From Acidimicrobiales bacterium (lineage in GTDB: Bacteria > Actinomycetota > Acidimicrobiia > Acidimicrobiales > GCA-2861595): a stretch of 64,000 nt of DNA. The position numbers and the translations under genes were made by a program. Position 1 is the stretch's first letter, and each line of letters begins with the position of its first letter. The DNA lies in contig JAUJNQ010000001.1 of NCBI GenBank assembly GCA_030448025.1, forward strand, positions 474,970 to 538,969, given 5' to 3'. This document shows positions 46,307 through 54,706 of the stretch, piece after piece. The notes beneath the pieces were generated by a model. That model had not been told where the DNA came from. It did not search any database and worked only from the letters and a program-made list of their open reading frames with translations.

Positions 46307-47128
46307 TCACGGGTTCTTGAGCATCCTCCGGAACCTCAGGCCCAGCCAGGGGCGGCGGCCCCAGCCGAGGAGCTGGCCGCTGGTGATCGCCCGCCACTGG
46401 CCGACCCGACCCCACGCCACGAGCAGGAAGGCGGTGGGATCCACCGAGAGGTGGCAGTCGGCTCGACCGGTGTGTGGCCCGGGCCTCACCGACAGCTCAC
46501 CGTCTTCGAAGCGCATCGTCGCCCGGCACCCGCCGCGGACGCGCAGGTCGTAGGTGGCCCGGACACCGGCGGCCGCCTGCCGGTCGACCATCACCCCTCC
46601 GAGGCCCCCGAGGACGGGAAACAGGAAGCCGCACACGATGAGCGCCGCTTGCGACCTCGGTATGACCCACCGCACACCTTCGGCCACGGCGATGTCCCGT
46701 CCGTGCACCACGAGCTCGCTCAGGGCGTGGCAGCTGAGAACGGCCAGAGGAAGCTCGATCCCTTGTACCAGCCAGGTGATCGTGCTGCTCCGGTCACCGG
46801 CCTCAGTCAGCGAGATCAACCGGGCCGCGCTGGTCTCTATGCGGTCGGCCAGAGCGGAGAGGTCCCGTTCGGACTCGCCCTCCACCAGCCGCTCGGTGAG
46901 GCTGGAGAGCGCCCAGATGTCCTCCAGCAGGCCGCCACCTCCCTCGGCCATGGCGGCGATGGCGTCGAGGGCGTGTGACAGATGAGCAGCGACGTCAGTC
47001 ATATCCCATACGCCGAGGGCGGGCGCCGAAGGACGCCGTGCTGTTCGCAGCACCTCGGAGACTCGTCCAGCCACCTCTTCCACCGCTGCCCGGGCCTCGG
47101 TCCAGTCCACCTCGGCCGTCACCGTCAT
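46307..47128 (-). CDS. DinB/MDMPI-family (mycothiol-dependent maleylpyruvate isomerase-like) protein with an SCP2-like C-terminus
   Basis: N-terminal VWDMTDVAAHLSHAL pattern. C-terminal ...LSVDPTAFLLVAWGR. Confidence 0.6.
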   Translation of the reverse strand: MTVTAEVDWTEARAAVEEVAGRVSEVLRTARRPSAPALGVWDMTDVAAHLSHALDAIAAMAEGGGGLLEDIWALSSLTERLVEGESERDLSALADRIETSAARLISLTEAGDRSSTITWLVQGIELPLAVLSCHALSELVVHGRDIAVAEGVRWVIPRSQAALIVCGFLFPVLGGLGGVMVDRQAAAGVRATYDLRVRGGCRATMRFEDGELSVRPGPHTGRADCHLSVDPTAFLLVAWGRVGQWRAITSGQLLGWGRRPWLGLRFRRMLKNP

Positions 47129-47149
47129 GTGTGCAGGCTAGGGTGCCGA

Positions 47150-47232
47150 AACGAAACTACTTGAGCGGCTCTGACGCCTGCAGCCCGGCGGCAGAGGGGT
47201 TTCGGCCTTACGGCCGCCCAAGTAGTTTCGTT
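47150..47232. repeat. 20-bp-arm inverted repeat (19/20) with a 43-nt spacer
   Basis: aacgaaactacttgagcggc (47150-47169) pairs with gccgcccaagtagtttcgtt (47213-47232). It begins 8 nt after the kinase stop and ends 21 nt before the next start codon. Confidence 0.8.
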
Positions 47233-47240
47233 ACAGGCCC

Positions 47241-48677
47241 CTACGGGAGCTCGCGCCGCAGCAGGGCGGCTTGGACGCTGCCCAGGGACAACGGGAGCTC
47301 GACGACGAAGGTGCTTCCGCGGCCGAGCTGGGAGTCGGCGACCGCCCGACCGCCGTGGGCCTCGGCGATGGCGGCCACGATGGCCAGCCCGAGGCCGGTG
47401 CCACCTGCGGCTCGCGCCCGCGACGGATCGGCCCGGAAGAACCGCTCGAACACCTTGGCCACGGTTGCGGGGTCCATGCCCGGGCCGCCGTCGGCCACCT
47501 CGAGGCGGGCATGGCCCTCGTTCACGCCGACCGACACCCGCACCGGTGTCCCGGCGGGCGTGTGGACGCGGGCGTTGGTGAGCAGGTTGGCTACGGCCTG
47601 GCGCAAGTACATCTCGTCACCGTCGAGCACCACAGGCTCCAGTGACGCGTCGATCGGGCGGTCGGGCTCGACCGCTCTGGCGTCTCGCACCCCGTCGGCG
47701 GCCAGCTCGTCCAGCCGCACTGTGCTCCGCTCGAGCGGCCGGTGCTGGTCGAGGCGAGCCAGCAGGAGGAGGTCTTCCACGAGGGCGGCCATGCGCCGAG
47801 CCTCCTGCTCCATCCTGCGCATGGCCTCGGCCAGCGTCTCCTCGCTCGCAAGGCCGCCTGCACGCCAGAGCTCGGTGTAGCCCTGGATCGAGGTCAAGGG
47901 TGTGCGCAGCTCGTGGGACGCGTCGGCAGCGAAGCGCCGCACGCGCTCCTCGGATTCCTCCCGGGCGCGAAATGCGTCCTCGATGCGTTCCAGCATCGAG
48001 TTGAGGGCCTTGCCCAACCGGCCCGTCTCCGTCTTCTGGCCCGGATGATCGACCCGCCTCGACAGGTCACCCCCCGCAATGGCATCGGCGGTTCGAGCCA
48101 TGTCCTCCAGCGGGTGGACGCCGAGGTGCAGCATCCACCATGAGACGACGCCAAGGGCCAGCAAGACAGCGGTCGTGCCCGCCAGCTGGACCAGGCGGAT
48201 GCGCCCCAGCGTGGCGTCGACCTCGTCGAGGCTCGTGCCCACGACGGTGATCTGGTCCGCGCGGGGGCTGGACACGGCAACGAGGCGCCAGGATTCTCGA
48301 CCTCTCTCGGCCAGGGCCGTGAAGGGCCGGGGAGGCACGCCTCGCCTGGTGGCGTGAGCCAGCACCTGCGCCTGTTCGAGGCGCGGCGGTGGCTGTTCTT
48401 CGTCGGAGAACGCCGAGCTGCGCCGCGAGAAGTTCGCAGCGTTGCGGTCACCCACGGCGATGAAGTACTCGGTGAAGGTCTGGCTCTCTCCGGGAGGCGG
48501 TCCCGGCGCCCGCCCGCGATCGCCACCGAACACCGGACGCGAGGCCACGTCGATCAGCTGGCGGTCGACGCGATCGACCAGGAAGGACCGGAGGGGGCTC
48601 GACAGGGCCAGGTTGGTGATCACCAGCACGGCGGCGACGGCCAGGAAGCCGACCAGCACCCGCCGGCGCAGCGACAT
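47241..48677 (-). CDS. Sensor histidine kinase (TM-HAMP-HisKA-HATPase)
   Basis: H-box ADASHELRTPLTSIQGY. N-box and G-boxes ([15 protein letters not shown]). Confidence 0.9.
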   Translation of the reverse strand: MSLRRRVLVGFLAVAAVLVITNLALSSPLRSFLVDRVDRQLIDVASRPVFGGDRGRAPGPPPGESQTFTEYFIAVGDRNAANFSRRSSAFSDEEQPPPRLEQAQVLAHATRRGVPPRPFTALAERGRESWRLVAVSSPRADQITVVGTSLDEVDATLGRIRLVQLAGTTAVLLALGVVSWWMLHLGVHPLEDMARTADAIAGGDLSRRVDHPGQKTETGRLGKALNSMLERIEDAFRAREESEERVRRFAADASHELRTPLTSIQGYTELWRAGGLASEETLAEAMRRMEQEARRMAALVEDLLLLARLDQHRPLERSTVRLDELAADGVRDARAVEPDRPIDASLEPVVLDGDEMYLRQAVANLLTNARVHTPAGTPVRVSVGVNEGHARLEVADGGPGMDPATVAKVFERFFRADPSRARAAGGTGLGLAIVAAIAEAHGGRAVADSQLGRGSTFVVELPLSLGSVQAALLRRELP

Positions 48678-49369
48678 CAGCGCACCCGCAGCGTGTACCC
48701 GATGCCTCGGATGGTCTGGATGAGCGGAGGGCCGAGGTGGTCGATCTTCTTGCGCAGGTAGCTGATGTAGGTCTCCACCACGGTGGCGTGACCGCCGAAG
48801 TCGTACTGCCAGACGTGGTCGAGGATCTGGTTGCGCGTCAGCACGCGGCCGGCGTTGACGAGAAGGAAGCGGAGGAGCTTGTACTCGGTGGGAGACAGAT
48901 CGATGACCTGGCCGGCTCGGCGCACCAGGTGGGCGTCGTCATCCATCTCCAGGTCAGCCAGCTCGAACCTCGACGACCCTGCCGACAGACCCTGACGCCG
49001 GAGGATGACCTGGATCCGAGCGACCACCTCCTCCAGGCTGAAGGGCTTGGTCACGTAGTCGTCACCCCCGAGGCTGAGGCCGCGGACCTTGTCTTCGACG
49101 GTGTCGCGGGCGGTCAGGAAGAGGACGGGCACCTTCGCCCCTTCCATCCGCATGCGGCGGACGATCTTGAACCCGTCGAGGTCGGGAAGCATCACGTCCA
49201 GGAGCACCACGTCGGGTCTGAACTCTTCCACTTCGCTGAGGGCCGCACGCCCGGTCCCGGCAACGCGCACGTCGAAGCCGAAGTGTCGCAGTGCGGAGTC
49301 GAGCAGAAAGGTGATGTTGTCCTCGTCGTCGACCACGAGGACCCGGCCGGCCCGGTCTTCCGGCCTCAC
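48677..49369 (-). CDS. OmpR-family response regulator
   Basis: VLVVDDEDNI..LLDVMLPDLDG receiver plus a winged-helix output (LSPTEYKLLRFLL..IQTIRGIGYTLR). Confidence 0.9.
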   Translation of the reverse strand: MRPEDRAGRVLVVDDEDNITFLLDSALRHFGFDVRVAGTGRAALSEVEEFRPDVVLLDVMLPDLDGFKIVRRMRMEGAKVPVLFLTARDTVEDKVRGLSLGGDDYVTKPFSLEEVVARIQVILRRQGLSAGSSRFELADLEMDDDAHLVRRAGQVIDLSPTEYKLLRFLLVNAGRVLTRNQILDHVWQYDFGGHATVVETYISYLRKKIDHLGPPLIQTIRGIGYTLRVR

Positions 49370-49560
49370 GCGGAGATGCCCATACCCGTGTGCGCGCTGT
49401 AGGGCGGCGCGGCGTGGACCTCGTCGCTGAGCTTGTCATCGAAGTACAGCCGGGTGGTGAGGACCCCGCTGTTGCTCAGCTGGGCCGCCGTGGTGCTCGA
49501 TCCGCCTACGGCCCCGAGCAACCGGAGCACCTGGCGCCTGTTGATCTCCTGCCTGGTCAC
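49366..49560 (-). CDS. 64-aa protein with a twin-arginine-like N-terminus, translationally coupled to the response regulator
   Basis: GTG at 49560 lies 4 nt after ACGGAGGT. Reads VTRQEINRRQVLRLLGAVGGSS... The stop overlaps the RR start (GTGA). Confidence 0.45.
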   Translation of the reverse strand: MTRQEINRRQVLRLLGAVGGSSTTAAQLSNSGVLTTRLYFDDKLSDEVHAAPPYSAHTGMGISA

Positions 49561-49739
49561 CGGACCTCCGTGTCGCTTCTGGTGATCCGCCCAGCATGGG
49601 CGACGCAGCTCAACGCATTCTGGGCGGTGGCCGTGAGTTTCCTGTGAATGAGTGCCGCCCGTCTGCATTTCCGTGGCTCCGCACGCAGGCAGCCGCTCGG
49701 AGGCCACTCCGTCCGGCGCTCACACCACCAATGGTTACC

Positions 49740-50105
49740 GTGTCGAGCGCTCGGCTGGGTCGCTGCCGGTGATCGACGAGGTGGGCTAATCCCCTTCGAA
49801 GCCGAAGCGCCAACCTGTTCTTCCAGCTGATCTCGGCCCGCTACGAGCGGGCGTCGGTCATCGTCACAAGTCATTCGGGCGCTGGGGAGAGGTCTTCGAC
49901 GACGCCACTGTTGCCGCCGCCATGATCGACCGCTTGGTGCACCACGCCGAGGTGGTCAGCCTCAAAGGTGACAGCTACCGACTGAAGGACCGCGACCTCG
50001 GGAGGGTGCCTACCGACGACGCTGCGTGACCAGACCCGGAGGAACGGGGGTCACGAGTGGACCGTCGCAAGGGGGGCCAGGTCAAAAAGTGGACCGCCGT
50101 TGACA
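49740..50105 (+). mobile_element. IS21-family remnant: degraded istB C-terminus plus the right terminal repeats
   Basis: Several frames together read ..VIDEVGY.IPFE.EAANLFFQLISARYERASVIVTS..FGRWGEVFDDATVAAAMIDRLVHHAEVVSLKGDSYRLKD. Two AGTGGACCG direct repeats follow, and the terminus ends ..GTTGACA at 50105. Confidence 0.7.
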
Positions 50106-50182
50106 GTCCCCGGGAAGCAAAAACGTCCCGATGAGGTTGTCGCGGATCATCCACTTCGGCCGGGAGCGGTTCTGGGCGGCGA

Positions 50183-50809
50183 CTACAGGCGGGCGTGCTG
50201 GAATTCCGAAAACCATAGGGCGTACCGCTCGGCATTCCTAGCCGCTCCGAAACGATCTACATGATGTCCGAGCTCGTGAAGCAGAACGTCGTACAGATAG
50301 AACCGCCGAAGGTTCCGTTCATCGAAAGTGACAGTTGCACCTCTACGCCCCGAAGATTCCACAGTGGCGCCAAACTTCGTGTACCTCTTGATCTCGCTCG
50401 GCTTAGAGGAAGAGGGCCAACCTTGGGCAAGGCTCTCCTGAGGCACTGGGAACAGGTAGATGCGGGCGCTCGCGTATATACCAAACGTCAGGGACCGCAA
50501 TCGGCGCTGTCGGGCAGTGCCGGCCATCAGGTAGACGCCCGACAGCCCGGAGAGAAAGGCGGATGGGACCTGGGTCAGTACCACGACCAGGTCATTGACC
50601 GTCCAGGGGCCGATGAATCCGGGGGATAGTGGGCGCTCGAAGACCCCTAATGAGTCTTCTCCCTCTTGCGGGATCTCCGCCTTCGCCCGCATGCGAGGAG
50701 GCAACCCTTCCGCCTCCGACCAATGGGGATCGTGTAGGGACCAGTTGGTGAAGCGCTGACTCGAATACAGGCCCGAGCGGGGTCCACTTCTCCCCGCACG
50801 GCCGTCCAT
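50183..50809 (-). CDS. HExxH zincin-like protein in a low-GC islet (function unknown)
   Basis: C-terminal YDVLLHELGHHVDRFGAARNAERYALWF (HExxH plus a downstream Glu). A/T-ending codon usage unlike its neighbours. The true start may be the internal Met (MRAKAEI..). Confidence 0.55.
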   Translation of the reverse strand: MDGRAGRSGPRSGLYSSQRFTNWSLHDPHWSEAEGLPPRMRAKAEIPQEGEDSLGVFERPLSPGFIGPWTVNDLVVVLTQVPSAFLSGLSGVYLMAGTARQRRLRSLTFGIYASARIYLFPVPQESLAQGWPSSSKPSEIKRYTKFGATVESSGRRGATVTFDERNLRRFYLYDVLLHELGHHVDRFGAARNAERYALWFSEFQHARL

Positions 50810-51361
50810 ACGTCAAGGGTACCGCTGCGTCCGAATTCTCTCGGCAGGCCTCGCACATGAGGACGACGCCACTCGTAGGTAGCGCAGCACGGCAGACCTG
50901 GGCGCCAGGCTGATGTCCCGGCGCCGGTCAGCTGTCGTGGAAATCACACATCAACCGTCACCTAACCGACGGTCGGCCTTCGCCCTCGGATCGAGCCCTT
51001 TACCACAGCAGCGAGGAAGGCGAGCAGGCTCGCGAGGCCAGCTAGTGGGACGAGCACCAGGGCCAAGTCGTACCAGTCGGAGACCTCTACCCCTTCATGA
51101 TGCCTGATCACCGGTGGCGCTGACGCGGCTTGCACGCTCGGCGAGCTGCTCTGCCCGGTTGGTAATCCGGTTCGACCTGATCCGCGGCTGCCGGGGGACC
51201 GGTTCGTCCGCACTATGGCGTTCCCGAAGCCGTTCGCGCATTGCCCTGGCTGGCCTTTGACGACGGTTCTCCCGCCCCTTCGTTTCGGGTCAGACGATGC
51301 TGGCGCGCCCTCCAAGAACGTGGCGAAGGGCTACTCGAATCATGGGTCGTCTGCTTGCGTA

Positions 51362-51377
51362 GCGAACACACGTTCGA
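51362..51377. promoter_or_regulatory. LexA SOS-box-like palindrome upstream of the DUF222-HNH gene
   Basis: gCGAACacacGTTCGA compared with the actinobacterial consensus TCGAAC-N4-GTTCGA (one mismatch). It ends 14 nt before the ATG at 51391. Confidence 0.6.
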
Positions 51378-51390
51378 GTACGAAACACCA

Positions 51391-52638
51391 ATGACGATGG
51401 CGGCGACGAACCAGCACGTCGAGGGGCGCGAAGCAGACGTCGAGGCCATCGAGGAAGAGATCGCTGGGGTGTGCGGGGCCCTGAACGCCACCACCGGCCG
51501 CCTCGTCTCCCTGATTGCACGGGTCCTCAGTACTGGCGCCTACGAAGGGACCGGGATCCACTCGCCCGAGCAGTGGGTGGCGTGGAAGTGCGGCGTCTCC
51601 GGGGGCCGGGCCCGCAGGCTGGTTGCCATGGCTCGGCGCCTGCCCGCGCTACCCGAGACCGCTTCGGCGCTTCACGCCGGCGAGCTGTCCGAGGACCAGG
51701 TGGCGATCGTGTGCCGCCACGCCCCGTCCTACGCCGACGCCGAGGTGGCCACCTTGGCCCGCCACACCACCGTGTCCCAGCTGAGCCGCACCCTTCGTCG
51801 CTACACGTGGGCGCCTGGTCCTGCCGAGCAGGAAGGGCAGGAGAAGCAGGAGGAGGGAAAGCCCGAGGAGGCCGAGCCCCGCCGGGCCGACTTCGGCACT
51901 ACGGAGGAGGGTTCCTGGCGCCTCTCGGCCCTCCTGCCCCCCGACGAAGGGGCGCTGGTGGAGCGGGCCCTGCACGCCGCCCGCAAGGCGCTGGCCGACG
52001 AGGGCGATGGGGAGCAGCCCACCTGGGCCGATGCCCTGGTGGCCATGGCCGATCGCTCCCTCGCCGCCGCCAGTAGGCCCCACCACGACCGCCACCTGGT
52101 GGTCGTGCACCTCCGAGGTGACGACCACGGCCCCAACGCCCACCTTCACGCCGGCCCGCCCCTGCCCGACGCCCTACGCCGCCTGCTCGGCTGCGACGGG
52201 CGCCTGCGTCCGCTCTTCGAGGTAGGTGGGGTGGCGCTCAGCGTGGGAAGGACGCAGCGCATCGTGCCCGAGCGCACCCGCATGGCCATCGAGGAGCGCG
52301 ACGGCGCGTGCCGCGTGCCCGGTTGTGAGCGCACCCGGTGGTTGCAGATCCATCACGTCACCCACTGGGAGGACGGTGGGCCCACCGACACGGCCAACCT
52401 CGTGGCGCTGTGCGCCCGCCATCACCGCCTCCACCACCTGGAGCGGGTCGGCATCGTCGGCGACGCCGACGACGCCCAGGGCCTCGTGTTCACCGACGCC
52501 AAGGGCCGCCAGCTCACCGGCTGTGGTCGCCCGGCGCCCCCCGGTGACGTCACCGTCAGCGGGACTTGGTCCCACCCCAGCGGCGAGCGTCTCGATCCCC
52601 GTTGGGTCCACTTCAGGGAACCTCAGCCAGCCGCCTGA
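51391..52638 (+). CDS. DUF222 / HNH endonuclease protein (13E12-repeat-like)
   Basis: N-terminal ..RLVSLIARV...SPEQWVAWKCGVS..RARRLVAMARRL. C-terminal HNH region CRVPGCERTRWLQIHHVTHWEDGGPTDTANLVALCARHHRLHH. Confidence 0.85.
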   Translation: MTMAATNQHVEGREADVEAIEEEIAGVCGALNATTGRLVSLIARVLSTGAYEGTGIHSPEQWVAWKCGVSGGRARRLVAMARRLPALPETASALHAGELSEDQVAIVCRHAPSYADAEVATLARHTTVSQLSRTLRRYTWAPGPAEQEGQEKQEEGKPEEAEPRRADFGTTEEGSWRLSALLPPDEGALVERALHAARKALADEGDGEQPTWADALVAMADRSLAAASRPHHDRHLVVVHLRGDDHGPNAHLHAGPPLPDALRRLLGCDGRLRPLFEVGGVALSVGRTQRIVPERTRMAIEERDGACRVPGCERTRWLQIHHVTHWEDGGPTDTANLVALCARHHRLHHLERVGIVGDADDAQGLVFTDAKGRQLTGCGRPAPPGDVTVSGTWSHPSGERLDPRWVHFREPQPAA

Positions 52639-52723
52639 TCACGCGGCCAGGCTCCCCGTTCCCCACCACGGCCACCGCTGCGCTGGGGTGGCCGTGTACG
52701 ACCGTGACCCCCGCCGGAAGGCG

Positions 52724-53746
52724 CTATTGCCAGTGGTCGAGGGACACCACCTCGTCGGGTGGGGGAGGACCGGGCGGAGTGCCGTCGCCGAAGGGCCGCC
52801 CCCCGAGCGCTTCCCGGCCGTGACGGGTCAGCCAACCGCTGAGGTCCGGTCCGGCGGGGACGACCCGGGTCGGGTTGATGTCGGCGTGGACTACGTAGTA
52901 GTGGCGCTTGATGTGGTCGAAGTCCACGGTGTCGCCGAATCCGGGCGTCTGGAACAGGTCACGGGCGTAGGCCCAGAGGACAGGGAGCTCCGAGAGCTTG
53001 TGCCGGTTGCACTTGAAGTGCCCGTGGTAGACGGCGTCGAATCGGACGAGGGTGGTGAACAGTCGCACGTCGACCTCGGTGATCGTGTCGCCGACCAGGT
53101 AGCGCTGGCGCTCGAGTCGTTCCGACAGCCAGTCGAGGCGGTCGAAGAGACGGCGGTAGCCCTTCTCGTAGGCGCCCTGGCTGCCGGCGAAGCCGCAGCG
53201 ATACACACCGTTGTTCACGTCGGCGAAAACGACCCCGGCCACCTCGTCGATCTCCTCCCTCCGGTCGTCCGGGTAGAGGTCCGGCGCGCCCGGCCGGTGG
53301 TGGGCCTTCCATTCGATGGAGAGGTCCAGCGTGATCTGGGGGTAGTCGTTGGTGACGACCTTGCCGGTGGGGACGTCGACGATGGCGGGAACGGTGATCC
53401 CTCGTTCGTAGCCGGGCACCCGGGCGAAGTACGCCTCCTGGAGGCGCTCGATCCCGAGGACCGGGTCCCTTCCGCCCGGGTAGAGGTCGAAGGTCCAGCT
53501 CCGCTCGTCGTGGGTGGGCCCCGCCACCGCCATGGACAGCACCGGTTCGAGGCCGAGGAGGCGGCGCACCGTGATCGCCCGGCTGGCCCACGGGCAGGCG
53601 CGGCTCACCACCAGGCGGTACCTGCCCGGCTCCACGGGATACCCGTCACGGCCGTCGGCCGTGATGCGTGAGGTGATGTAGTTGGTGTCCCGCGTGAAGT
53701 CGCCGGTGGGGTTGACGTAGGTCCCGCCCGCGGCAGTGTCTTGCAT
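52724..53746 (-). CDS. Glutathionyl-hydroquinone reductase (Xi-class GST, YqjG-like)
   Basis: GRYRLVVSRACPWASRAI (CPWA active site), VPAIVDV..GKVVTNDY and RFDAVYHGHFKCN. Confidence 0.85.
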   Translation of the reverse strand: MQDTAAGGTYVNPTGDFTRDTNYITSRITADGRDGYPVEPGRYRLVVSRACPWASRAITVRRLLGLEPVLSMAVAGPTHDERSWTFDLYPGGRDPVLGIERLQEAYFARVPGYERGITVPAIVDVPTGKVVTNDYPQITLDLSIEWKAHHRPGAPDLYPDDRREEIDEVAGVVFADVNNGVYRCGFAGSQGAYEKGYRRLFDRLDWLSERLERQRYLVGDTITEVDVRLFTTLVRFDAVYHGHFKCNRHKLSELPVLWAYARDLFQTPGFGDTVDFDHIKRHYYVVHADINPTRVVPAGPDLSGWLTRHGREALGGRPFGDGTPPGPPPPDEVVSLDHWQ

Positions 53747-53868
53747 GCCCTCTCCTTTCCCCGATCGGTGCAGGTCCAAGCACACGGTTCCCCGACCCCA
53801 TCCCTGCCTCGAACCTCATTGGGGCGGTCATACTCTTCGGTAGTGCCGGTGCCGACCGCTACGTTCAG

Positions 53869-54522
53869 GTGGCCCGAATGAGGAGCCTCTGCCCGCGCTG
53901 CGGGGGCGAGCTCCCCTTCGACTTCCTGGGCCGGTGGTTCGAGACCAGCGCGCGGTGCCCCGAGTGCGGGGTGGCGCCCGCCGCGGTCCCGACGGTGCTG
54001 CCCATCTCCGAGGATGAGGTCACCTACACGCTCACCGACATGCCGCCAACCGACCGGTCAGCGGTCACGGGCGCTCTGGTAGAAGATGACATCCGCTACC
54101 GGTGGGGGCCGGACCTGGTGCTGGCGGTGGCCGTTGGCGCGGAGCGGGAAGTCGACCGTGTGCTCGAGGACTTCGCCGACTCGGGGGCTTCCGCCGCCGA
54201 TGCGGATGGCGGTGAGGAAGCCGGCATCGGAGCCGAGGAGGCCGATGGCGGCGAGGAGGCTACGGAGGCCATGGGCGACCTCTTCGTGGCCGCCGATCGG
54301 CTCCTTCACGCGCCTTACGACGAGGCCATCGGTACGGAGCTGTCCGAAGCCGCCTCGGCAGCCGGCGCCAGCCTGCCCCCCTATGGGGTCGAGGCACCGG
54401 TATGGCGCACGGTCCAGGACCTTGCGACGAGCGTCTTGTCCGATCTGGAGCAAGGCGCCGATGAGGACGTGGTGGTGGCCGACGCCAGGGCGTTGCGCGA
54501 CTTCCTTCGCGACTACGTGTAG
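53869..54522 (+). CDS. Hypothetical acidic protein with an N-terminal zinc ribbon
   Basis: CPRCGG...CPECG, then an Asp/Glu/Ala-rich region. Confidence 0.5.
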   Translation: MARMRSLCPRCGGELPFDFLGRWFETSARCPECGVAPAAVPTVLPISEDEVTYTLTDMPPTDRSAVTGALVEDDIRYRWGPDLVLAVAVGAEREVDRVLEDFADSGASAADADGGEEAGIGAEEADGGEEATEAMGDLFVAADRLLHAPYDEAIGTELSEAASAAGASLPPYGVEAPVWRTVQDLATSVLSDLEQGADEDVVVADARALRDFLRDYV

Positions 54523-54706
54523 CCGAACGAAGCAGAGTTGACCTGCGGTCACAGCGACAACTGAAACGGTAGGTGCACGACCCTTGGCTTGATGACCCCG
54601 AGCGCCCCCGGCTGGACCGGGTGTGGCGTGTGTGTTCGTCACGCACCGACTCAGTCTGGCTGGCTGGTCCCCGGTCGAGCGTCGAGCTCCAGCTGGTGTC
54701 CGACGG

